A program made the position numbers and the translations under genes. A stretch of DNA of 64,000 bases from an uncultured bacterium. GTDB taxonomy: Bacteria > Muiribacteriota > Ozemobacteria > Ozemobacterales > Ozemobacteraceae. Positions within the stretch are counted from its first letter, which is position 1; each line of letters starts with the position of its first letter. The stretch is from assembly GCA_964474705.1 (NCBI GenBank), contig CAYYUI010000005.1, positions 41,965 through 105,964 of the forward strand, read 5' to 3'. Shown here piece after piece: positions 28,158-36,252 of the stretch. The notes beneath the pieces were generated by a model, which saw only the letters and a program-made list of their open reading frames with translations, made no database searches and had not been told where the DNA came from.

Positions 28158-28276
28158 TAAGACGCTCCCGGAAGAGAATGATTTAAGGCAGTATAACAAT
28201 TTTACCTTACCCCGGCAATCTGTTATACTGAATTTCATTCAGGCCATTTATTCAACCCACTTTATGGCAGGAGAAA

Positions 28277-29224
28277 ATGATGAAACCACTTGAATTGAGC
28301 TGCATAACCGCGATCTGGAAATCAGCCCTTGCCCGGCTCGACGAGAACATGGCCGGCATTGGCAGTGACCTGCAGTTGTGGTTTCCATGGAGCGGTATCT
28401 GGCGCGGTCATGATCGCAACGGCAGTCTGCCGCCAACCGACCTGCCCGAAGATCTTGCTAAGCCCGGTGTCAGCAGATTTGGCGGTCGCTTCTGGAAAGC
28501 TTTTCCGATAAATGGTACCAGCTGGCTTGTAAGTGTCAGGGCTCCGGTATCAGCCACCCCTGAAATGGAAAACTGGGAATTGCCCTCTCATGTTCAGGAA
28601 TCTCTGCGGATTTTGAGTGATTTTGTCCGCCTGGAGTGCCTGCTCGGTCTGACGATGAAAATTCTTGAAAACCAGTCGCACGAACACGTCGGTCATTGGG
28701 ATCGCGTTCGTAACCTGAGCGTCGCCATCGGCAGTGAAATGGGGCTCTCACCCCGCGAACTCGCCGATCTTGAACTTGCCGCCATGCTGCATGACATTGG
28801 CAAGGTCGGACTTCCTGACGAACTGCTCGACATGGCCGGTCCCCTTTCACCCGAAGAACGCAAGCGTGTCGAATCGCATTCGCTTGTCGGCTCTGCGATG
28901 ATTCGTGAAATACCCGGAATGGAAATGGTCGCCGAAATCGTTCTCGGGCATCACGAAGCGATCGACGGCAGCGGCTATCCACGCGGGCTGAAATTCGAGG
29001 AAATACCGTTTGGGTCGCTCGTTATTGCGGTTGCTGACGCCTTCGATGCCATGACTCATTACCGGCCATATGCAATCGAGCGCACTTACCACGAAAGTTT
29101 CGATGAAATGAAACGCGAAAGCGGAAAATATTCTCCCGAAGTCATGGCAGCCCTCGAAAAGGTATTGCGCCGGCTCGGCATACTTGAAACCAAGCCTCTT
29201 GTCGGAACCAGTGAAGACTGGTGA
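28277..29224 (+). CDS. HD-GYP domain protein (putative c-di-GMP phosphodiesterase) with N-terminal uncharacterized sensor domain
   Basis: LHDIGKVGLPDELL...HHEAIDGSGYPRGL (HD and GYP motifs). Confidence 0.8.
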   Translation: MMKPLELSCITAIWKSALARLDENMAGIGSDLQLWFPWSGIWRGHDRNGSLPPTDLPEDLAKPGVSRFGGRFWKAFPINGTSWLVSVRAPVSATPEMENWELPSHVQESLRILSDFVRLECLLGLTMKILENQSHEHVGHWDRVRNLSVAIGSEMGLSPRELADLELAAMLHDIGKVGLPDELLDMAGPLSPEERKRVESHSLVGSAMIREIPGMEMVAEIVLGHHEAIDGSGYPRGLKFEEIPFGSLVIAVADAFDAMTHYRPYAIERTYHESFDEMKRESGKYSPEVMAALEKVLRRLGILETKPLVGTSEDW

Positions 29225-30216
29225 ACAGAAAATATAGCTATCTGGAGGAAATTGTGAATCGGAAATCTTTGCTTCTAACGGTGCTGCTGTTTGTCGTTCT
29301 GTCTTTGCCGGCATCTGCCGGTATGTTGCGCGTCGGCCTGGTTCTGTCGATCGGTGGTCTGAGAGATGAATCTTTCAACGATGCCGCCTACGAAGGAGTC
29401 ATGCAGCTGCGTCGCGAGGGAGACTGCATCGTCGAAGTCATAGAACCGGGCAGCATAAGCTCTATAGAGCCGGCTCTGCGCTATTTCTGCGAACGGAACA
29501 TGGATCTGGTCTGTGCGGTCGGTATTTTCGCCAACGATGCGGTGCGCCGTGTCGCCCAGGAATTTCCCGAGAGCAGGTTCGTGCTTCTTGACTCGGTTGT
29601 CACCGTGCCAAACGTACTTTCGATACTTTTTGACGAGGAGCAGGGTTCTTTCTATGCCGGCGCTTTTGCAGCAATGATCAGCAAAACCGGCAAGGTCGGC
29701 TTTCTCGGTGGCATGGATTCGCCGGTTATTGCCAGCTTCGAGCGTGGGTTCAAAAACGGGGTTCGCTTTGTTAAGCCAGAAGCTGCCGTTATTTCGCGCT
29801 ATCTCGGGAACACTCCCGAAGCCTTCGATATGCCTGATAAAGCACAGACTCTGGGCCTGGATATGGCCAAAGAAGGTGCCGATGTCGTTTACCATGCTTC
29901 CGGCAAAAGCGGACTCGGACTGATTCAGGCTTCACGCCGCGGCAACTTTCTGGTTATCGGTGTTGATTCCGATCAGAGTCGCACCGCTCCCGGAAAAGTG
30001 CCGGCCAGCATGGTCAAGCGTATCGATACCGCTCTGGTAAAAGCTGCCGATGTATTGCGCCTGGGTACCTTTGAAGGCGGCATCTGGACTCTTGGCCTCC
30101 AGGATCATGGCATCGAGCTGGTTCTTTCTCGATTCAACCGCGATCTGATGACGCCCGAAGCAGTGTTGAAGCTCAAGGAAATCGAAGACTTCCTGATTCA
30201 CAAGGACGAAAAATAA
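29221..30216 (+). CDS. BMP-family (PnrA/Med-like) nucleoside-binding lipoprotein
   Basis: Signal peptide; LRVGLVLSIGGLRDESFNDAAYEGV and FLGGMDSPVI motifs of the basic membrane protein family; 4-nt overlap with the HD-GYP gene. Confidence 0.7.
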   Translation: MNRKYSYLEEIVNRKSLLLTVLLFVVLSLPASAGMLRVGLVLSIGGLRDESFNDAAYEGVMQLRREGDCIVEVIEPGSISSIEPALRYFCERNMDLVCAVGIFANDAVRRVAQEFPESRFVLLDSVVTVPNVLSILFDEEQGSFYAGAFAAMISKTGKVGFLGGMDSPVIASFERGFKNGVRFVKPEAAVISRYLGNTPEAFDMPDKAQTLGLDMAKEGADVVYHASGKSGLGLIQASRRGNFLVIGVDSDQSRTAPGKVPASMVKRIDTALVKAADVLRLGTFEGGIWTLGLQDHGIELVLSRFNRDLMTPEAVLKLKEIEDFLIHKDEK

Positions 30217-30308
30217 CTATGTACACCTCTTGCGGGTCGGCCAGACGATTCTTATAATCTAAGCATAATTCGACTCGAACCGCTCTTGTATTGTCAGGAG
30301 GAAATTAT

Positions 30309-31073
30309 ATGATGACGATGACTTATAACCAGAGACAGAGCATTTCTACCATGCTGCTCGTCTCGATGCTGTTTTCACTGTGGGTAGCCGTAGCGCCTGT
30401 CACACCGGTTCACGCCTCCCTGCTCAGCAGTGTCGGCGGTGCCGCTAAGTCGATTTTTGTCAATGTCGGCGCTATTGCAGCCGGCGCTTTCGGCGGCGTT
30501 CTTGGAATGGCAGTCGGTGGTGGCCCACTCGGAATGGCTGTCGGGGCTGTCGGTGGTTACATCGTCGGTAAAAAGGTCCTCAACTGGACAACCTCCAGCG
30601 TTGCCAACTTCGCAACCGTAGCCGGAGCCGTAGCCGGCGGCGCTCTCTGTATCGGCATGGGTTTCCCGATGCTGGCGGTAGGTGTTATCGGTGGCGGCCT
30701 GATTGCCCGCCTGGCTGTTAAGGGTATTCAGAAATTGTTTGGTAATAAGAATATCGCAATAAAACAGAGTGATATCGACCCGGCTGCCGCAAAGGCCGAG
30801 AGTGCTGCAACCGCCGATTTTATCGCCAAATTGAATTCAGGCAGCTCAACTCCTTCGACTGCAACCGTCAGCAAACCGGAACCCAAACCGGCCGCAGCCG
30901 CTCCGGCAGCTACGGTTAAAGATTCGCAGACCGCATACAACAACTATCTGGCTGCTTATCAGAAATATATGGCCGCAACCCAGAAGGGCGATGCAACTGC
31001 TGCCAAGACTGCTTACACAGATTATAAAACCAATCTCGATCTCTACAATACTCTGATCAAGAGCGGAAAATGA
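30309..31073 (+). CDS. secreted Gly/Ala-rich glycine-zipper protein, function unknown
   Basis: AGGAGG RBS, signal peptide, GxxxG-rich hydrophobic region (GAFGGVLGMAVGGGPLGMAVGAVGGYIVG), polar Ala/Lys C-terminus. Confidence 0.5.
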   Translation: MMTMTYNQRQSISTMLLVSMLFSLWVAVAPVTPVHASLLSSVGGAAKSIFVNVGAIAAGAFGGVLGMAVGGGPLGMAVGAVGGYIVGKKVLNWTTSSVANFATVAGAVAGGALCIGMGFPMLAVGVIGGGLIARLAVKGIQKLFGNKNIAIKQSDIDPAAAKAESAATADFIAKLNSGSSTPSTATVSKPEPKPAAAAPAATVKDSQTAYNNYLAAYQKYMAATQKGDATAAKTAYTDYKTNLDLYNTLIKSGK

Positions 31074-31090
31074 TCAACTGATCGCGCAGA

Positions 31091-31125
31091 AAAAATAACC
31101 GGCCTGCGGGCCGGTTATTTTTTTT
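31091..31125. terminator. bidirectional rho-independent terminator
   Basis: AACCGGCC-TGCG-GGCCGGTT hairpin flanked by an A-run and a T-run, between convergent genes. Confidence 0.6.
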
Positions 31126-31900
31126 AGATGCCCCAGCTTTGCAGACGCGCCACTGATTTTATGACGTGAGCGCGGTCTTTCTGCTCAAGGGTCAATACCG
31201 GCCGATTGTCTGCAGGGCGGGCGTTATACCAGTCGATAAGCGGTTGATAGTCGATGCTGCCATCGCCGATGGCGCTGTGCTGGTCGGAACTGCGGTCGTT
31301 GTCATGCAGATGAAACTCGAAAATGCGGTCACCGAGCGTGTTGAGCCACGCCTGCATCGGTTGCGGCGAAAACAGGTTGAAATGCCCGACGTCGAAACAG
31401 ATTCCGGCATGCGGCGAATCGAGAAATTCGAGCAGCCTGGCCAGATAATCGGGCCGGCTGTCGAAAATATTCTCAAAGGCTATTTTTATGTCACGCGCTG
31501 CGGCATATTCAACGAGTTTTTTCAGCAATCCGCCGGCTCGGGTGAGCCATGGAGAAATTTCGATTTCGCCAGGTCCGACGCCATAGCCGGGGTGAACGAC
31601 AACCAGTTTTGAGCTGAGCATGGCTGCGGTTTCGACCGCCCAGATCAGGCGCTCGAAACTGGCAATTCTAATGCTTCGGTCACGGGCGCCAATGTTCAGA
31701 TCATAAAATGGCGCGTGCAGGGTTGAACTGAAGCTGCTGCTTTCGACCAGACCCCGTAACTCGGTAATGGTCTGACGTTCGATCGTGTCGATGCTGTCGC
31801 CGCAAAAATAGAATTCCGGGTGCAGCTGCCGATCGGCGAGAAACTTGAAGCCGTCAGGGGTCATGCGTTGATACGCAATGTTGACAAATATCCGGGCCAT
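31124..31900 (-). CDS. sugar-phosphate isomerase/epimerase (xylose isomerase-like TIM barrel) family protein
   Basis: LVVVHPGYG and HLHDNDRSSDQHSAIGDGSID pattern. Start reassigned to ATG at 31900 to avoid overlapping the Trm112 gene. Confidence 0.6.
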   Translation of the reverse strand: MARIFVNIAYQRMTPDGFKFLADRQLHPEFYFCGDSIDTIERQTITELRGLVESSSFSSTLHAPFYDLNIGARDRSIRIASFERLIWAVETAAMLSSKLVVVHPGYGVGPGEIEISPWLTRAGGLLKKLVEYAAARDIKIAFENIFDSRPDYLARLLEFLDSPHAGICFDVGHFNLFSPQPMQAWLNTLGDRIFEFHLHDNDRSSDQHSAIGDGSIDYQPLIDWYNARPADNRPVLTLEQKDRAHVIKSVARLQSWGI

Positions 31901-31901
31901 T

Positions 31902-32087
31902 TCAGCGCTTTTCAACGTTGGCCGGCATTCTTGCTTCTTCGACCAGCATGACCGGGATTTCGTCGCGAATCGGGTAACTGCGGCGACATTCGAGGCAATC
32001 CAGGGTGTCCTGGTCGTCATTATAGACAATTTTGCCACGGCAGGCAGGGCAGGCAAGTATTTCGAGCAGTTCTTTCTTGATTGGCAT
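31902..32087 (-). CDS. Trm112/YcaR-family small zinc-ribbon protein
   Basis: LLEILACPACRGKIVY...LDCLECRRSYPIRDEIPVML. Confidence 0.8.
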   Translation of the reverse strand: MPIKKELLEILACPACRGKIVYNDDQDTLDCLECRRSYPIRDEIPVMLVEEARMPANVEKR

Positions 32088-32166
32088 GATATGGCCTCCA
32101 GCCGGCAGAAATCTGCCGAAGTTTTTGCATTATAACATAAACGACGCCCTTGTTAAACTGATGTCC

Positions 32167-32703
32167 TCAGCCAAGCAGCATTATCCAGCGCGCCAGAACC
32201 GCGATCAAAATGAATAGAAGGTAAATGAACAGCGCTGCCTCGACATAGTTTTTCCCGGTCGGTGCCGATCCGTCCTTGTAGCCGGTTTTCTGCTTCCATA
32301 CTGCCAACTGACGCCGGTCTTCGTCGCCAAGCAGGTCTATTCCGGAACGGTTTTCCCAGTGGTGAAGCAGTTCGTGGGTTATGGTGCGGGAGATTTCGAG
32401 ACGCAGATGCTCGATCTTATGATGCGGAAAGGCTTTGACGAATGAGCCAAAATATAAAACCACGACCGGATTGCCGAAGTGGCCGCGCGGCATGTAATGA
32501 CCGAGAGTGTACAGGCCGCGCATGTATTTGCTGTGCCGGTGTTCGCGCTCTTCCAGAATGAATTCAGCCACGCCTTCCTTGAATTGCCCCGGAATTCGCT
32601 CGAGTTCGTTTCTGAACAGTTCGTCAAATTGATCAAAACTTATTGCAGAAGCTCTGGTGTCGCTATTTTGCAGATGATCAGCCGTCATTTCTGCCTTTTC
32701 CAT
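32167..32703 (-). CDS. zincin-like metallopeptidase-domain protein with C-terminal TM
   Basis: HELLHH zinc-binding motif in a small alpha/beta domain; C-terminal hydrophobic helix. Confidence 0.45.
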   Translation of the reverse strand: MEKAEMTADHLQNSDTRASAISFDQFDELFRNELERIPGQFKEGVAEFILEEREHRHSKYMRGLYTLGHYMPRGHFGNPVVVLYFGSFVKAFPHHKIEHLRLEISRTITHELLHHWENRSGIDLLGDEDRRQLAVWKQKTGYKDGSAPTGKNYVEAALFIYLLFILIAVLARWIMLLG

Positions 32704-32776
32704 ACCAAAATACAGGCGCTGAATGAATTTTTTCCGGCCGATCTGGCTGATACGCCTGGAGCGACTCTATGGCGTA

Positions 32777-33517
32777 TCATTGCGATATCGAGCCCCTGAA
32801 ATTGATTCCTGCCGGAGAGATAGCATAACTGTCAACTTCGGCACGGTAGGGAAGAATCGAAAAATCCCAGACCGGGTTCATCCAGCTGTGTATCTGGGTG
32901 CGCAGTTCAGGAGTCATCGGCTGACCATTGACCGTTGCATCGACAATGTTGAGGTTTATCAGGCTGCCACTGCTTTCAACACTAAGTGTAGCTGTGAACG
33001 GCGAAAAATCTGTGACCATGAATGCAAGAACATTGCCTGGAATCTTTCTGAAGTCGACCAGGCCTTCAACTTTTACCTGATTGTCGAGAAAAGTGATCGC
33101 CAGCCTGTCGAGAATTCTATTGCCTGGCTTCAATCGCGAAATTTCGCGTCTGATCAGACTGTTTATCGCGGTGGCACTTATGGTTGCCTGAGCATCGATG
33201 CTGTCGCCGGCAGTGATATCTGAAACGGTAAACCCGGTTTCCTGCATGTTTTTGATCATGGCCGCCGAATAGCCATGAAAGCTGATGGTCGCCGACTTTA
33301 TTTCAGTGTCTCGAATGGTTTTGCCGCTGAGGTCGAAGTCGACTGAGTTGCCCGAAGCAGTTGAATCAAATCTGAGTATCTCATTAACGATCCTGGTTAA
33401 TTCGCGGGTGAAGTGAGCTGCCTGAGGCTCGCCCATCGGCAGTGACCAGCACGGAACCGCGAATGAAAGAAGAGACAGCATGGCTGTGGCAAACGCTCTG
33501 CGGCAATGTTTATACAT
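32777..33517 (-). CDS. secreted hypothetical protein
   Basis: Signal peptide; beta-rich; no motif assignable. Confidence 0.45.
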   Translation of the reverse strand: MYKHCRRAFATAMLSLLSFAVPCWSLPMGEPQAAHFTRELTRIVNEILRFDSTASGNSVDFDLSGKTIRDTEIKSATISFHGYSAAMIKNMQETGFTVSDITAGDSIDAQATISATAINSLIRREISRLKPGNRILDRLAITFLDNQVKVEGLVDFRKIPGNVLAFMVTDFSPFTATLSVESSGSLINLNIVDATVNGQPMTPELRTQIHSWMNPVWDFSILPYRAEVDSYAISPAGINFRGSISQ

Positions 33518-33629
33518 CCTAACCTCCGAAATGCCAGAAATATGGTCGTTTGCACGCGATTTTTCAGGCCGCTGCAGCTGGCCTTATTCAGCATACTTGA
33601 AAGGAGGGAAAAGTTCAAATCGACTGCTT

Positions 33630-35870
33630 TCAGGTGCGCAACAGACTGGTAAAAGCCGAGAACAGGTTCAGCAGACGTTCGTAAACTTCGGCTATCAGTT
33701 CACGTATGCGTTCGATTGCCGCGGCTTCAGCTTCCTCGTCAGAAGCATCGCTGCCCGTCAGGCCTGCTTCTTCACTGCCGGCGTTACTTTCATCGCCAAC
33801 GGTTTCGTTGGCCGATGTTTCTGAGTCATTGTCGGAGCCTGTTACTTCATCGATTTCTTCAAGGTTGTCATCGGTCGGTGAAATTTCGCTTTCTGGCTTA
33901 TCATCGCTGACTGTAGGCGTAGCGTCGATAAGTTCGTCGTCAGAAACTGTTTCAGAATCATTTTCAGGTTCGAGTTCCGATTCTTCTGCTTCGGGTTCGT
34001 CGGAATCGTGGTCAGGCTCTTCGATTGAGGTGCTCTGATTTTCTTCTTCCTTGTCCTGGTCTTGATCACGATCCTTGTCGTCGGCTTTTTTGCGGGCTTT
34101 CAGTTCGATCCTCAGGGCCGGGTGTTCTCCGGCAAACAGACCCGGAATATCTGCAGGTGACATATAATAACGTTTGACCGCCTCGTGAGTGCGCGGTGTC
34201 CATGCCAGCCACATGAGTTCTTTGTTGACATACGAGAGGCCGAGTCGTTTGAAAATTCTACCCGGAGCCATGTTATGAGAACGGGCATTGGCGCGTGCAT
34301 CACACCAGTTGAGGTCGCCGCCGATAATGACCGCCCAGCCATCTTTGATATCATCGCGCCATTGTTTTTCAAGTCTGGTAAGGCCTTCCCTGGTTACGTC
34401 CCAGCGGTTCGAGGCCATGGGTTCACCGCTCTTCTGCTGAATTACTGCGTTGAGATGCAGCGAATAAACTCTTGTTTTCAGACCGGCAACCCTCGTCTGC
34501 ACTCTTTTCCACCAGCGGTCATGTGCGATACCGATGCCCAGATCAGGTGATATTTTGCCCTGGTCGTGACTGGAAACCGCCAACCCATGCCTGACCACGA
34601 CTGAGACTTCCTGCTGGCCTTTGCTTTCGTTGCCGGCATTAAGAAACCTGCCGGCTTCTCTGAGATGAGGAGCCATGTTTACCGATTCGCTGACCAGTGC
34701 AAGGTCCGGGTCCTGGTTGTCGAGCCATTTGCCGAATCCGTCGCGGTCTCGATTGCCTCCGGCATGGGCGTTAACGATAATTATTCTGGCTTTCTTCAAG
34801 CCCTGAATATCATTCTGGTCGACATTTTCAGGCTTTTGGTCGTCGGCTTTGCCTGCCGTTGCAGGTCTGAATACCCGGGTGTGTTTTTTCAGATATCGGC
34901 CGGTTCTGACATCCATGGTTCTGATGACCGCACCCTTCGATGAAAGTGATACGGCATGGAACCATGCAGAATGAATCTGTATTGGTGGAACATGGATTAC
35001 GGTCACCTTGCCGACCTTGTTGCCGGCGAAATTGAAATATTTCTGCGCCGGGGTTATATGCAGGTGCCCGGCAAACCAGAGATATACCTGAGGATTCGCC
35101 CTGAGGATGCGTTGCAGTTTGCCGGCAGGTTGCGCATTGGCCTGCAGCGGTGGCATGGTCTTTTTGTCGCCATAACTGCCGGCCAGAGGAGCGTGGCTGA
35201 AAATTATCGTTGGCAGATCACGGTTTTTACGCAGTGTTTCGCGCAGAAATTCCAGTGTCTCGTCAGACGGCATAGAGCAGGGGATTGCCGAAAGGGCATC
35301 GTTCGGCAGGAAAACCAGCAGGTGCCCGCCGGCTTTTCGAGAGTAATAGAGCGATTTGAGGTTGAGAGTTTTTTTGAAGGCTTCCTGCTTTGCTCTTTTT
35401 TCAGCAGGGGTGCCGCGTTTCTTTTCGCCGTTGACCAGATTGTCTTTGTAAAGAATGTCGTGGTTGCCGGGCACTGCATAAGCCGGCACCTTCAGGCCTT
35501 TCAGGCCGCGATGAAGAACTTCGTATTCGTAGCCGGTGCCGAGTTTGCTGCATAGATCGCCGGTAATCGCCAGAGCGTAGATGTCTTTGAGCGAGTTAAC
35601 CCTTGCAATGGCTTTCTCCAGCATTGGCAGACTTTCCGGTCGGGCGTGCAGGTCGGCCATAACCGCCAGAGTTACTGATTTTGCATCCCTCGCCTCTGCT
35701 TTTATATCGGCCCTTTTGCCTGCGCTGTCTGCGGACTTCGCTGAGCCGGTTTCAGAAATGTTGAGAGAGTCTTTTGTCGTGAAAGGATTGATTGCATAGA
35801 CTGGAAACGAGGCCAGGCAGACAAACAGCAACAGAAAAAACTGAATAAGTGACTTTTGGTATCCGGTCAT
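33630..35870 (-). CDS. secreted calcineurin-like metallophosphoesterase + endonuclease/exonuclease/phosphatase (EEP) fusion with poly-acidic C-terminal tail
   Basis: Signal peptide (start ATG 35870, GGGGG RBS). MPP motifs (VMADLHARP, GDL, VPGNHD, GHLHI). EEP motifs (IIIVNAHAGG, DLALVSES, GGDLNW, GEHPALRIEL). ~130 aa D/E/S-rich tail. Confidence 0.6.
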   Translation of the reverse strand: MTGYQKSLIQFFLLLFVCLASFPVYAINPFTTKDSLNISETGSAKSADSAGKRADIKAEARDAKSVTLAVMADLHARPESLPMLEKAIARVNSLKDIYALAITGDLCSKLGTGYEYEVLHRGLKGLKVPAYAVPGNHDILYKDNLVNGEKKRGTPAEKRAKQEAFKKTLNLKSLYYSRKAGGHLLVFLPNDALSAIPCSMPSDETLEFLRETLRKNRDLPTIIFSHAPLAGSYGDKKTMPPLQANAQPAGKLQRILRANPQVYLWFAGHLHITPAQKYFNFAGNKVGKVTVIHVPPIQIHSAWFHAVSLSSKGAVIRTMDVRTGRYLKKHTRVFRPATAGKADDQKPENVDQNDIQGLKKARIIIVNAHAGGNRDRDGFGKWLDNQDPDLALVSESVNMAPHLREAGRFLNAGNESKGQQEVSVVVRHGLAVSSHDQGKISPDLGIGIAHDRWWKRVQTRVAGLKTRVYSLHLNAVIQQKSGEPMASNRWDVTREGLTRLEKQWRDDIKDGWAVIIGGDLNWCDARANARSHNMAPGRIFKRLGLSYVNKELMWLAWTPRTHEAVKRYYMSPADIPGLFAGEHPALRIELKARKKADDKDRDQDQDKEEENQSTSIEEPDHDSDEPEAEESELEPENDSETVSDDELIDATPTVSDDKPESEISPTDDNLEEIDEVTGSDNDSETSANETVGDESNAGSEEAGLTGSDASDEEAEAAAIERIRELIAEVYERLLNLFSAFTSLLRT

Positions 35871-36252
35871 TGATTTACCCCCGACAAAAGAATATCTTCC
35901 CACATAAGATACTGGTTTCAAGCCTGGAAGTTTTTCGAATGAATTCGTTTACTACGACTTGTCGGAGTTGCTATATCAACGGCATTTTGCTAGAATTCGA
36001 GGCATACTGATAACAGTATTATAACCGAAGTGAGATGACATTAAATGTGCTTGCCCTGAATTCTAATGGCAATTTCGGCTAAATAAAATATTCCGGTCTC
36101 TCGGATATTGCTCTGAGGCTTAAGCGCAATGACATTCTGATTGTTCTTGCAGAGCGCCTTCGTTGGGGCGATTTAAAGCCATAGGCTCAGGGGTAGTAAT
36201 CTGATTGTGGAAATAATTGAGCCGGCAGAACGGAGAAGGAGATAATTCGCCC

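Noticed and set aside
28248-28436. 62 aa ORF in the tubulin-like/HD-GYP divergent promoter
   Set aside because: Overlaps the HD-GYP start region on the opposite strand; Cys/Arg-rich junk translation.
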